The notes under the pieces were generated by a model. It was not told where the DNA came from, ran no database searches, and saw only the letters and a list, made by a program, of their open reading frames with translations. From Bacillota bacterium (lineage in GTDB: Bacteria > Bacillota > SHA-98 > Ch115 > JABLXJ01), in NCBI GenBank assembly GCA_013178125.1, contig JABLXJ010000008.1:78305-142304 (forward strand): a stretch of 64,000 nucleotides of DNA, read 5' to 3'. The translations under genes and the position numbers were made by a program. Positions 19,704 through 30,134 of this stretch are shown piece after piece (the first letter of the stretch is position 1; each line of letters begins with the position of its first letter).

Positions 19704-21299
19704 CTATCCGCTTCCACTACCTGCCACGCGCAGGAATGCCAGATCCGGGTCCTCGGGCCCCTGGAACTTCGCCCCCAGCTCCCTGGCCACCGTGAGGAAC
19801 TCGATTACTCCCTGCGTAATCTCCTCCCCCGGGCAGATTACCGCTATCCCGGGTGGGTAAGGCGCAACAATCTCGGCGCTCACGCGCCCGGCAGCTTCAC
19901 GCAGCGGCACAGCCTCGGTTCCGCCAAGACACGCCTGCCTCGGCGGGAGGCGCTGCGGCGGAGTCGTGAATACCTCGCCCATGCGCTGCAGGATTTGAAG
20001 GTATTTGGAGCCGCCGGCGATGCCAGGCACCTCCGTGCCCCTCGCCTCGCTTACGCCCCTTATGGCTTCGATAAGGTGATCTATATCTTCATCCCTATCG
20101 GCTATTGTAACCATGACGAGTAGATTCCATATATCAGCGAACTCGACCTGGACCCCATATCCCTCTCGCAGCAGGCGTCCCGCTTCATACCCGCTCATCC
20201 CGATCTCCCGAGATGAAATTGTAATCTTCGTGGGATCCAGGAGCATTGAGGCGTCGCCAATTCTCGCGACGTCACCGGCCCCTGCGAGATCACCGGCTCT
20301 GGCCGAAGGCGCCGGAAGCTCCAGACACCCCCCGGGAATTATCCCGCTGATCGAGCCACGCGCCCTCTCCGCGAGCTTCACTGCCCTGTCCACGAGCTCC
20401 CGTCCGCATACAGCCATCCGGCGGCGCGCTGCGTCCAGAGAGGCCATTAAGATATAAGACGGGCTCGTAGTCTGCAAAATCCGGAGCGCCTGGCGCAGCC
20501 TGGCCATATCCACACGCCGCCCCTTCACGTGGAGCATCGATGACTGCGTCAACGAGCCGAGGGTCTTATGCGTGCTCTGGACCACAATATCAGCGCCCGC
20601 GCTGAGACCCGGGGGCGGGAGTGCATCATGAAACGCAAAATGCGCCCCGTGAGCCTCATCTACCACTACTATTTTATCATATTGGTGACAGAGGTCGACT
20701 GAATATCTCAGATCTCGCGTGACGCCATAGTAGTTCGGGTTCATGAGCACCACCAGTCTCGCAGAAGGGTGGGCCTTGAGGGCATCGAGAAGGCTCCCAG
20801 GCTCGGGTCCCAGGGGGATGCCGAAAACCGGGTCAATTGCCGCCGGGATATAGACGGGCGAGGCCCCACTCAATATCAGGCCACCGATGGCTGATCGATG
20901 GACATCTCTGGGGAGGATCACCCCGTCGCCGGGACCGCACGCCGCAATTATGGCAGCCTGAATGCCAGCGCTCGTGCCGTTTACAAGGAAGAATGTATGA
21001 TCCGCGCCGAAAAGCTCGCTGGCAAGCTCCTCGGCCATGCGTATGGCCCCCTCGGGTGCGTGAAGGTCGTCGAGGCCGGGGAGCTCGGTGAGATCCATGG
21101 CAAGGACATTCCTGCCAAGGAATCCGGCGAATTCGGGATCGATCCCGCTGGCTGGACCCGGCTCCCGGCCCTGCTTGTGACCGGGCATGTGAAAGGGGGT
21201 TAGACCGAGCCGGATATGCTTCAGGATGGCCTCGAAAAGCGGAGCGGATGCCTGACGCTGACGTGAGGCCCGGCAAACTAAAGTCTGACGATGAGTCAT
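19704..21299 (-). CDS. yaaO: Orn/Lys/Arg decarboxylase, PLP-dependent (YaaO-like)
   Basis: FHMPGHKQG, LVNGTS, DEAHGAH, QSTHKT, PYPPGI. Confidence 0.9.
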   Translation of the reverse strand: MTHRQTLVCRASRQRQASAPLFEAILKHIRLGLTPFHMPGHKQGREPGPASGIDPEFAGFLGRNVLAMDLTELPGLDDLHAPEGAIRMAEELASELFGADHTFFLVNGTSAGIQAAIIAACGPGDGVILPRDVHRSAIGGLILSGASPVYIPAAIDPVFGIPLGPEPGSLLDALKAHPSARLVVLMNPNYYGVTRDLRYSVDLCHQYDKIVVVDEAHGAHFAFHDALPPPGLSAGADIVVQSTHKTLGSLTQSSMLHVKGRRVDMARLRQALRILQTTSPSYILMASLDAARRRMAVCGRELVDRAVKLAERARGSISGIIPGGCLELPAPSARAGDLAGAGDVARIGDASMLLDPTKITISSREIGMSGYEAGRLLREGYGVQVEFADIWNLLVMVTIADRDEDIDHLIEAIRGVSEARGTEVPGIAGGSKYLQILQRMGEVFTTPPQRLPPRQACLGGTEAVPLREAAGRVSAEIVAPYPPGIAVICPGEEITQGVIEFLTVARELGAKFQGPEDPDLAFLRVAGSGSG

Positions 21300-21575
21300 A
21301 GGTCATTCACGCGGCCCGCTGTCTGGCCTTCTTTCACACCGCCTTCCTTCTGGCCAGGCTTTGCCTTCCTGCTCCTTGCCTTACCCCTGCCTTGCCTCGC
21401 CGACGGTCCAACAAATCCTAAGTCTTGAAGGGCTCAGGAAAGCTCAAAAGCCAGGCATCGCTACCGCTACCTGGCTTCCTCGAGATAACCTCATCCGCGA
21501 TCACAGGGTGCAATACCTGGCATACCTGACCTTACCTTGTATCTAATTGGAATCTGATTGAAGATCGGGTCTGGA

Positions 21576-21917
21576 TCAATATCGCGCCGCGTATCGCGAC
21601 GAACTTCCCCTATTACCGTGGGAATAAGAATTAGAATGCTTGGCATAGCAATCTCTGCAGTACACAGGCCGATCTTCCCTCGGCTGGAATGGAACCTGTG
21701 TCTCGCAACCGCATTCGGCACAGATCGCAGAATACATAACCCGCTCCCGGTTCCTATCCCCGTACCCGCCACGATTCTGCTGCTTACGGGCCCTCCTGCA
21801 ATCCGGGCACCGGCCCGGCTCGTTCGTAAAGCCCTTTTCCGCGTAAAATTGTTGCTCGCTCTCAGTAAAGGTGAATTCAGCTCCGCAGTCTTTACACCGC
21901 AGGATCTTGTCCGCCAA
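21576..21917 (-). CDS. Zinc-ribbon / CxxC-x17-CxxC domain protein
   Basis: CKDCG...EQQFYAEKGFTNEPGRCPDCR; CAECG...PFQP...VYCRDC; AGGAGG RBS. Confidence 0.9.
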   Translation of the reverse strand: MADKILRCKDCGAEFTFTESEQQFYAEKGFTNEPGRCPDCRRARKQQNRGGYGDRNRERVMYSAICAECGCETQVPFQPREDRPVYCRDCYAKHSNSYSHGNRGSSSRYAARY

Positions 21918-22030
21918 CCTGATCGCCTCCTTCTTAATTTTGATTTTTGTCGATCAAGTTGGCTCTTGTTCTGAGATCGGACAAGAATCCAAAGACCGCA
22001 AATTAACTATATCAGAGTTAGGCGAGCGCG

Positions 22031-23434
22031 TCAATAGGCGGTCGTTTCTTTTCGTTTCTTTTTTTGCGTCTTCTGCACCCCGCCTCCCGGACCTTCATTA
22101 ACATCATTAACATCAGGCTGAACAGCCATGAGCAAAAGGGCTATAGATAAAAGAGCTCCGCCGGATGCAAGGAGATAAAGATTCGCTGTGCCGATCCTAT
22201 CAACAAGAAAACCACCCCCGAGATTCCCGGCGATCGCTCCCCCTCCAAAGGAAAAAGCCCAGAATACCGCCTGGCCTGTAGTCTTGAGCTCAGGCGGGCT
22301 GACCTCACTCACAAAGACGACGGCAGCACTGTAAAACAGCGCGAAACCCAGACCCTGAACCACCTGCACGAGCAGGATCGGGCCCGGGGTTGGTGACATA
22401 GCATATACGAAAAAACGCAGGGCGTAAGTGGCGCTCGCCCACGTGATTATGGTTCTGGAGGAAGCCCTGGCTATAACCCTGCCGGAGAGCCCGAAGGCCG
22501 GCACCTCGCTCAAGGCTGCAATCAGCTGAGCTGTGCCGATTATCAGTGTACTGGCCCCCATGCGGCTCAGGTGAATGGGGAAAAACGTGCCAACGCTCAT
22601 CGTGGCAGCCTGCAGAATAAAAATCGCGAAGAGAAACCCTATGAAATTCCTATTGACAAGCAAGCGGGTTATTCCGGCGCGACCAGGGCCGCGATCGGCG
22701 CAACATCCATGCCCATGAGGCGGAGGATTCTCATTGCCCTCACGAAGGCAAGGAAAAGGAAGAGGGGCCTGGCCCGGATCCCTCTGTGTCTCCGGCATAA
22801 AGCGGCTTGCAAGGTGGGTCATGAACATGAGGACCGAGTATAAGATAAAAAGGTTCGCAAGAGAGGTGCGCTGCAAGAACCAGCCCGCAAGGGGAACGAC
22901 GAGGGAGAACCCTATTGATCCCCAGAGACGGAGCATCCCATACTCGCCTGTGTTCGAATAATCCTCCAGGTAGCGAAGGCTGATGCTGTCGGCTAGAGGC
23001 ATTATGGGATTTGTGAACACCGAGAAGAGGATCATCATCCATACAAGGGAGTAGAACTCCCGCGCGGTCAGGAAAAAGAGAACCAGCACGGATGCGGCAA
23101 GGGTTGTAAGCATCAAAACCGCGCGACGCCCTCTGAAAACATCGGAAAGCGTGCCCCACACGGTCTGCATGAAGAGGCCGACTGCCGGCGTAATCGCGCT
23201 GATCAAGCCTATCTCCTCTCCGGACAGGCCAATGCCGCGAAAGTAGAGATTGACATAGGGAAAGAATGGCGCCATGGTCGCAAAGAAGAGAAAATAAAAG
23301 AGCTTGCAACTTGTGGCGCCGTCCTGAATCCCGAGCCCCCAGCGAGAAAAAGAGCCAAACACCGGCCCCCGTAGATGTACATTCAAGGGCCTTTGCCACC
23401 TCCGCCAGATCACGCGGCACCGGGGCTTCCACAT
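22031..23434 (-). CDS. MFS transporter (MFS_1-like / nucleoside-maltose permease type)
   Basis: About 12 TM segments; WGTLSD, YGMLRLWGSIGF; true start probably about 100 nt downstream. Confidence 0.85.
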   Translation of the reverse strand: MWKPRCRVIWRRWQRPLNVHLRGPVFGSFSRWGLGIQDGATSCKLFYFLFFATMAPFFPYVNLYFRGIGLSGEEIGLISAITPAVGLFMQTVWGTLSDVFRGRRAVLMLTTLAASVLVLFFLTAREFYSLVWMMILFSVFTNPIMPLADSISLRYLEDYSNTGEYGMLRLWGSIGFSLVVPLAGWFLQRTSLANLFILYSVLMFMTHLASRFMPETQRDPGQAPLPFPCLREGNENPPPHGHGCCADRGPGRAGITRLLVNRNFIGFLFAIFILQAATMSVGTFFPIHLSRMGASTLIIGTAQLIAALSEVPAFGLSGRVIARASSRTIITWASATYALRFFVYAMSPTPGPILLVQVVQGLGFALFYSAAVVFVSEVSPPELKTTGQAVFWAFSFGGGAIAGNLGGGFLVDRIGTANLYLLASGGALLSIALLLMAVQPDVNDVNEGPGGGVQKTQKKKRKETTAY

Positions 23435-23661
23435 TATTGAAGTACGGGAAGGAGACTCCCGGAACGCCCGGTCCCTTTGACACTAGCTTACGATAGAACC
23501 GCCAATTAAGGCAAGTCCCCTTTCCGCCATGGCCCCTTTCCTTCCCAGGTCCTTGCCAATCTCAGCCGGAAACCTGAGAAAATCTCCGGGGAGCACGTCA
23601 GGATATCACCTCACATCTTCTAATATACTCCTAGTCTATAGATCAAGCCGTGGTTCATGCC

Positions 23662-24507
23662 TCAAGATTTGACAGCCCCCGCGGCCAGGCCCTTCACGAG
23701 GTTGCGCTCGGCCATCATAAACAATATGACGATAGGCACAATCCCGATTACCGCCCCGGTCATCAGGTGGTGCCAATTGATCGTCCATAATCTGATGAAA
23801 TTGTATAGACCAACGGTTAGAGGCCTCATCTCCGCCCGCGATATGAATGTCAGGGCAAACATGAATTCATTCCATACGCTGATGAATGTATATATAGCGG
23901 TGGTGACGATCCCAGGTGCAGCTATGGGGATCAAGATCTTTGTTATGGTTTGAACCCTCGAGCACCCGTCAATCAGAGCGGCCTGCTCGATGTCAACCGG
24001 CACGTTATTGAAATAGCTTGATAGCATCCATATGGAGAAGGAGAGCGTAAACACCGTATTGGTAATGATCAGCGACTGGTAGGTATCAAGGAGGCCCCAT
24101 ATAGCCATGAGCTTGAACAGCGGCATGATTATTATCACCGGGGAAAACATCTGGACAACGAGGAACATGTACATGAACATCTTCCTGCCGGCGAAACGCA
24201 GCCTTGATACGGCGTAGGCGGCAGGGACGGCGAGGACGCCGTTCAGAATCGTGCATGTCACCGCAATAAGAAAGCTATTGGATATGTAGCGCCCCAGCGG
24301 GTACTGTTGCCATATCTCGATATAGTTCTTCCAGTAGATAACCTTGGGGATCCAGGTTGGAGGGGTCGAGTATACCTCGCCTACCTGCTTTAGAGAGGTT
24401 GAAAGCATAACAAAGAACGGAAATAGCAATGCAAATAACGCCACCGTGGAAATGACATAGAATGCAATCGCCTGTACCTTTTTCCTAATCGAACCCGAAA
24501 GCTCCAA
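23662..24507 (-). CDS. Carbohydrate ABC transporter permease (MalG-like)
   Basis: EQAALIDGCS EAA loop, WNEFMFA. Confidence 0.92.
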   Translation of the reverse strand: MELSGSIRKKVQAIAFYVISTVALFALLFPFFVMLSTSLKQVGEVYSTPPTWIPKVIYWKNYIEIWQQYPLGRYISNSFLIAVTCTILNGVLAVPAAYAVSRLRFAGRKMFMYMFLVVQMFSPVIIIMPLFKLMAIWGLLDTYQSLIITNTVFTLSFSIWMLSSYFNNVPVDIEQAALIDGCSRVQTITKILIPIAAPGIVTTAIYTFISVWNEFMFALTFISRAEMRPLTVGLYNFIRLWTINWHHLMTGAVIGIVPIVILFMMAERNLVKGLAAGAVKS

Positions 24508-24510
24508 GGA

Positions 24511-25506
24511 CTATCCCTCCTTAAAATATAGCCTCGCATACGCCAGGCTAAATACAAGGAGAACGATGAAAGTGATAAACGCCATGACGGAAGCGTGACT
24601 GAAATCGAGAAACAGGAAAGCTGTCTTATATAGGTAGGTGACCAGAATGTCGGTGGTGTTCATCGGCCCACCCTTAGTGATGATGTATATTACATTAAAA
24701 TCATTAAACGTCCACATTACGGAGAGCAAGGTGGCCACCAGTATAACCGGCCTCAGAAACGGCAGGGTTATATAGGAGAACCGCTGGAACGAGTTAGCCC
24801 CGTCAATCTGAGCTGCCTCATAGTATTCATGTGATATCGCCTGGAGCCCGGCGAGGAACGCCAACGCCATAAATGGTATGCCAAGCCACACATCAACCGT
24901 CAAATTCGCCCAAAAAGCCGTGGTCGGGTTGGCAAGCCAGGCCGGTGGATGGGGGGTAAAGCCCATCTGCTTGAGAAAATGATTCAACAGGCCGAACTGG
25001 CTGTTGAAGGTCCACATCCATATCATCGCCGCTATAGGGACCGGCGCGGCCCATGGTATGACGATCAACGTTCTTATAATGCCGCGTCCCCTGTAATCCT
25101 GGTTGAGGAGGACTCCGAGCCCGAGGCCGGCCAGCGTTTTCAAACTCACGGCTACCACGGTCCAGAAGACTGACCGGGCCAGGACGACCCAGAATGTCCT
25201 GTCAGCAAATAGGGACGAGAAATTCCCAAGCCCTACAAATCGAACCCAATCGCCCATCTTGTTCATCTCAAAGAACGAGGAGAGCAATGTGCTGATGACG
25301 GGGTAAAAGACTATGGCCACCATGGCCAGCAGGGCCGGTCCCATCAGTAAATACGCTATACCCGCTTCCGAATGAGACCGTCCCTTTGATTTTATCTTCA
25401 TATTGTTCATCTTGACTTTTGCACCCCTTACAGTGGGATAGCGGGTTGCCGGATTGCCAGCCCCAGCAATCCGGCAACCCGCCATCCCCCCGGAAGTAAT
25501 CACCAC
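24511..25506 (-). CDS. Carbohydrate ABC transporter permease (MalF-like)
   Basis: YEAAQIDGA, ITLPFLRP, TKGGP; start uncertain. Confidence 0.92.
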   Translation of the reverse strand: MVITSGGMAGCRIAGAGNPATRYPTVRGAKVKMNNMKIKSKGRSHSEAGIAYLLMGPALLAMVAIVFYPVISTLLSSFFEMNKMGDWVRFVGLGNFSSLFADRTFWVVLARSVFWTVVAVSLKTLAGLGLGVLLNQDYRGRGIIRTLIVIPWAAPVPIAAMIWMWTFNSQFGLLNHFLKQMGFTPHPPAWLANPTTAFWANLTVDVWLGIPFMALAFLAGLQAISHEYYEAAQIDGANSFQRFSYITLPFLRPVILVATLLSVMWTFNDFNVIYIITKGGPMNTTDILVTYLYKTAFLFLDFSHASVMAFITFIVLLVFSLAYARLYFKEG

Positions 25507-25588
25507 CGCTACGCTCTATGGATTAACTAACACCACTATGAACTGACTAATCATCATGGACCAATCTAAGGCCCGATCCATGAATTGA

Positions 25589-26842
25589 CTACTTTCTCCT
25601 GTAGGCATCAATTTCCTTGGCCGCCTCATCCAGCGCCTGCTTCGGCGGCTTTATCTTCAGGAGCGCGGCGCCAACGGCATCCCACAGGACATCCTCCGCC
25701 TTGGCCCATTCGGACATCAAAGGCCATCCCTGAGCCCTCGGGAGCTGGTCTATATAGACCTTGTAGTAGGGCGTCTGGAAGTAGCTCATCGCCCCCACGC
25801 TGGCCCTGACCGGGAGCATGCCGAATGCCTTGTTGAACTCAAGTCTATACTTGTCCTGGTATATGAAATTGAGGTACTTAACCGCCGCCTCCTTATTCTT
25901 GGAGGACTTGAACATCACTATGGAATCCGTCACCATGAGAGTGCTCTGAGGCTTGCCATCGTTGTGAGGCATGGGCGCAACGCCCCACTTCAGGTTTGGA
26001 GCGCGCTCCTGCAGCATGGCGGCAAACCACGGGCCGGTTTCAACCATTGCGAGCTTGCCAGCTATAAACAGGTCCTGGAGAGAGCCCCTATCATTCTCTG
26101 TAACGTTGGGCTCTGTGACCTTGTACTTGTGGACGAGGTCGACCATGAACTGGAGGGCTTCGACACCAGCCTTGTCATTGAATTTGGCCTTGCCATAGCT
26201 GCCATCCGGTTCGATTTCAAAGAAAGAGCCACCGTTGCCATAGAGGTAGTAAACGAACTCCGTGAGCTCTACGAACTTCTTACCCGACACGCCTATCCCG
26301 TAGATCTTGTGTTTGGAAGTCACCTCTTGCGCGACCTTGACAAGCTCGCTCCATGTAGTAGGTGGCTTTGAAATCAAGTCAGAGCGGTAGAAGAGAGTCC
26401 TGGCGCTCATCGCAACCGGCAGCCCGTAAAGCTTGCCCTTGATCCTGGCCTCGAGAGCGCCCGGGTAGAAGCCCTTGATGAACTCCGGCGATAGCCACTT
26501 GTCCAGGGGCTCCAGAACCCCCATGTCGTTGAATTCCAGCACCCACCTGGTCCCGGTGTTTGCTATGTCCGGGGCCTGGCGACCAGCTATCCATGTCACG
26601 AGACGGTCGTGGCCCTCATTCCACGGGAGTATGATGGTCTCTACATCGATATCGGGGTTCTCCTTCTCGAAATCCTGCTCCATGGTCTGGTAAACTGTGT
26701 TGAACCTTGCGTCATAGTCCATCCAGACTACCCGCAGCTTCGTCTTGGCGCTTGCACTTATGGCGAGCGCAAACACCAGACACAACGCAGCCACGAGCAC
26801 CAACCATTTTGACTTCATCATCACATTCATCCTCCTATGCAT
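25589..26842 (-). CDS. Sugar ABC transporter substrate-binding protein
   Basis: Sec signal peptide (ASA, no lipobox Cys); FEKENPDIDV, GKLYGLP, GKLAM...GPW. Confidence 0.92.
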   Translation of the reverse strand: MHRRMNVMMKSKWLVLVAALCLVFALAISASAKTKLRVVWMDYDARFNTVYQTMEQDFEKENPDIDVETIILPWNEGHDRLVTWIAGRQAPDIANTGTRWVLEFNDMGVLEPLDKWLSPEFIKGFYPGALEARIKGKLYGLPVAMSARTLFYRSDLISKPPTTWSELVKVAQEVTSKHKIYGIGVSGKKFVELTEFVYYLYGNGGSFFEIEPDGSYGKAKFNDKAGVEALQFMVDLVHKYKVTEPNVTENDRGSLQDLFIAGKLAMVETGPWFAAMLQERAPNLKWGVAPMPHNDGKPQSTLMVTDSIVMFKSSKNKEAAVKYLNFIYQDKYRLEFNKAFGMLPVRASVGAMSYFQTPYYKVYIDQLPRAQGWPLMSEWAKAEDVLWDAVGAALLKIKPPKQALDEAAKEIDAYRRK

Positions 26843-27138
26843 TTTTAGCTATCAGCCTTGACCATCAGCGGCTATCACTAGTCTTCAGTCATCTCAGTCA
26901 TCACTGCTTCGCCTGCTTCCCCCAACCGTATAATCAGGTCGCCACCCCGCTCATTACCACCCCCCCCTATCTGAGACCCCATCAACTCTCCCCGTGTTCC
27001 CCTCAGGTCTGCCTCGTATCGGCCACGGTATAGCCACGCTAACTGCATTGCTACATTACTGCATTAGCTACGTTGACTGCACGGACCTACCCGGATTACA
27101 TAGACTACCGGATCGCATAGGCTAAACCTCGACCACGA

Positions 27139-28167
27139 CTAAACGTTGACTACCGCGCCAGTCTCGACCGAGGTCCTCGCCGCGAGCGCCACCTTCAGCG
27201 CGGTGACCGCATCCTGCGGGGTGACCATCGACGGAGGTGTGTTGGTCTCTATGCATTTGATGAAGTACTCTATCTCAGCGAGATAAGCGTCCCTCGACGG
27301 GACCTCGGGATAGCGGACCTTCTCGCCCCTCTTATGCACCGCCAGGGCCGGCTTTGCCGCCTCGCGGGCCTCTATATTCACCCCGGCCCGGGCCTGGAAG
27401 TCTACGCAGCCTTTCTCGCACACTATCCTCAATATGGTGGTGAAGGGGAAATCCTCGGGCATCATCCAGCCGCCCTCCACATTCGCCGTCCCGCCCGCCT
27501 CATAGGAGATCATCGTCACTATATGATCAAGTGCCCCCTTCTCGGATTTCAGGCCCCTCGCGAAGACCGACATCGGCTTGCCGAGGACCCAGTTCACGTA
27601 ATCCAGGTCGTGAATATGGAGGTCGAGCGCCGCCCCGCCACTCAGCTCGGGCTTGAGAATCCAGTTGTCCGCCGACCAGACGGGCGTTGTGCTCAGCCTG
27701 GCAGCAGCGACCTCTACCGGCCTCCCGAGCTCGCCGCTGTCTATCACCTGCTTGGCCGCCAGGTACTCCGGCCAGAACCGGACCACGTGAGCCACCATGA
27801 ACATAACCCCTGCTTTGCCCGTCGCCTCAACCATCCTCTCAGCCTGCTCGAGGTTGAGTGCTATGGGTTTTTCACAGAGGATGTGCTTGCCGGCCCTGGC
27901 AGCGGCCACGACATATTTCTCATGTAAAAAGGTTGGAAGGCAGACATCAACCACATCAATTGATTCATCTGCAATAAGGTCGTCAGGGTTTGAATAAACA
28001 TTCGCGCCCCCGCACTTGCCTGCAAGGGCGGAAGCCGCCTCTGTATTAACGTCGGCCACAGCCGTTACCGTGGCCCCCTGGAGCTTTGCGTAAGCGTCGA
28101 CGTGCACGCCTGCAATGAAGCCAGCCCCCAGAAGTCCCACTCGAAGAGCCATTCTCTCTCCCTCCAC
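27139..28167 (-). CDS. Gfo/Idh/MocA family oxidoreductase
   Basis: GLLGAGFI, KHILCEKP, GGAALDLHIHDLD. Confidence 0.93.
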   Translation of the reverse strand: MEGERMALRVGLLGAGFIAGVHVDAYAKLQGATVTAVADVNTEAASALAGKCGGANVYSNPDDLIADESIDVVDVCLPTFLHEKYVVAAARAGKHILCEKPIALNLEQAERMVEATGKAGVMFMVAHVVRFWPEYLAAKQVIDSGELGRPVEVAAARLSTTPVWSADNWILKPELSGGAALDLHIHDLDYVNWVLGKPMSVFARGLKSEKGALDHIVTMISYEAGGTANVEGGWMMPEDFPFTTILRIVCEKGCVDFQARAGVNIEAREAAKPALAVHKRGEKVRYPEVPSRDAYLAEIEYFIKCIETNTPPSMVTPQDAVTALKVALAARTSVETGAVVNV

Positions 28168-28189
28168 ATCCGTTGATTAAGTTGATTAA

Positions 28190-29050
28190 TTAGAGCCCGA
28201 GTATAGCATCCATAGCCCGCGAAGCGTTTGCGAGCCGGACCTCGGGGCAATACCTGTAATGGGGGATCATCTCGGCGATCAGGTAGCCGTCGTATTCGAC
28301 ATCCCTCAAGGCGCTGACGACGGCCGGCCAGTTTACATCCCCCTCCAGCAGGTCGACAAACCCTTCCGCGGTGCCGACGCTCCTCCTAAAATCCTTGAGG
28401 TGGACCTTCTTTATGCGCTTGCCGAGGATCCTTACCCACTGCTCGGGGTAGCCCGTCAGCATTACATTCCCCACATCGAGGTAGGCGCCCAGGTAGGGGC
28501 TCCCTATGGAATCAATAAACTCCCTGAGCTCCAGCGGGCTGAGGAGAAATCTATTCCAGACATTCTCCAGTGCGATGTTGACCCTGGCCTTTTCGGCCGC
28601 CGGCACCAGCTTCTCCATCGCCTCGCGCAGCTTGGCATACGCCACCTCATACGGCACAGGCTTCACTTCCGGCATGAAGAAGACGTCGACGGCCCCTGGT
28701 AACACCAGCAGGGCATCCGCCCCCAGGGCTGATGCAATCTCGAGGCCGCGTTCGACTATGTGCATGGCCTCCCGGCGGACCTCTTCATCGTCATCTGTGA
28801 GCGACTTCTCCCAGAGTAAGCCCGTTGCGACGCTGCAGATATCTATGCCAATGGACTTCGCGTGATCTCTTATGGCCTTCAAGCGCTCCGGCTGGACATC
28901 CACCGGGAGGGCTCCCGACCCGGCAAAGCATAGCTCAACGCCGTCAAACCCCAGCTCCCTGGCCTCATCCAGGCAGCTCATGATATCCTTGCTCCCTTCA
29001 AGCCCTCCCGGGAAGGACCAGTAGTTGATGGCCTTTTTCATTGACTCCAT
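28190..29050 (-). CDS. Sugar phosphate isomerase/epimerase (xylose isomerase-like TIM barrel)
   Basis: GFDGVEL, ALENVWN, YLDVGN, VHLKD, LIAEM metal ligands. Confidence 0.9.
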   Translation of the reverse strand: MESMKKAINYWSFPGGLEGSKDIMSCLDEARELGFDGVELCFAGSGALPVDVQPERLKAIRDHAKSIGIDICSVATGLLWEKSLTDDDEEVRREAMHIVERGLEIASALGADALLVLPGAVDVFFMPEVKPVPYEVAYAKLREAMEKLVPAAEKARVNIALENVWNRFLLSPLELREFIDSIGSPYLGAYLDVGNVMLTGYPEQWVRILGKRIKKVHLKDFRRSVGTAEGFVDLLEGDVNWPAVVSALRDVEYDGYLIAEMIPHYRYCPEVRLANASRAMDAILGL

Positions 29051-29176
29051 CCCCCCATCGTATCTGCCTGATCTACCTGCTTAATATACCGATCTACTTC
29101 TACCGAATCTACGCACTGCCCGTTTCATTGCCCTTTGTCCTGGCCCAGCCTGCCGCGATGAATCTCTCCTTTCAAC

Positions 29177-30043
29177 TCAACGTCCGGCGTCAATGCTCGA
29201 TATCAGGCTCCGGTATGGCCCGTAGCCCAGGGCTGGCCTCGGGTCGAAATCGATATATAGCTCGATATACCCGTCCCCCGAGTCCCTGCACTGCCGCTCC
29301 TTCCTCGCCTCGAGCAGCCCCTTGATTATCCGCTGCTGGGATTCGAACTTGCTCAGGGCCGAAGCTACCTTCGCCTCGGCAGATGGAGGCGCCTTTATAG
29401 CCCTGTTCGCCCGGATGGAGCTATCGCTACCAGCGACGAGTGCATCCTCGGGCGAGAAATCCCCCCACACGGCATATTCGAGGAAGGACTTGATCCTCAC
29501 CGGCTTCCCCCAGTCCACCAGGATCTCATCCCCCACCTGCGGTCCATCGAATGCGCCGATGCGGCCCACCGACTCGTGGTCGATATGCTCCCGGTAACGG
29601 TTTGGTATAACAAGCCTCGTTATCCCAAGATTACGTAGATTCTTAATAGTCTTGGTAAAACTGCCCTCAGCCCCCCACGGCAACATCCACCCTATGTTAG
29701 GGAGCACGCTGTAATCAGGGTAATCAAATCTAATTAGGTTGCCCTCGCCAAACCCGAGCTCTGCATAGGCCGCCCTGGTCTCGTCCCTTCGCTTCTTGAC
29801 GATGATATCCTTGTCCTCGGGGAAGCTATAGCCTCCATTGCCATTGCAGAATATGAACACAAAGGGCTCACCGCCGCTTTCGGCCACGGCCTGGATAAGG
29901 TAGCCGGCCCCAAGAATAGCGTCGTCGTCGTGGGGTGAGAAGATGGCCACCCTCTCCCCGCCCCTCTCCCAGCCGGGGAAGAGGAGATCGATATCCCCTG
30001 ACTGCGTGGCCCTGCGAAGATCATAGTACCGGAATCCCATCAA
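29177..30043 (-). CDS. PIG-L family N-deacetylase
   Basis: SPHDDDAILG, RRDE, HIDH motifs. Confidence 0.85.
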   Translation of the reverse strand: MMGFRYYDLRRATQSGDIDLLFPGWERGGERVAIFSPHDDDAILGAGYLIQAVAESGGEPFVFIFCNGNGGYSFPEDKDIIVKKRRDETRAAYAELGFGEGNLIRFDYPDYSVLPNIGWMLPWGAEGSFTKTIKNLRNLGITRLVIPNRYREHIDHESVGRIGAFDGPQVGDEILVDWGKPVRIKSFLEYAVWGDFSPEDALVAGSDSSIRANRAIKAPPSAEAKVASALSKFESQQRIIKGLLEARKERQCRDSGDGYIELYIDFDPRPALGYGPYRSLISSIDAGR

Positions 30044-30134
30044 CCCTTAACCTCCCATTCTGATTCAGACCCTCATCCTGATCATTCTGATTCGAACCCT
30101 CAACCTCCGCGTCCTCGATCCGTTGAGCCTGAAA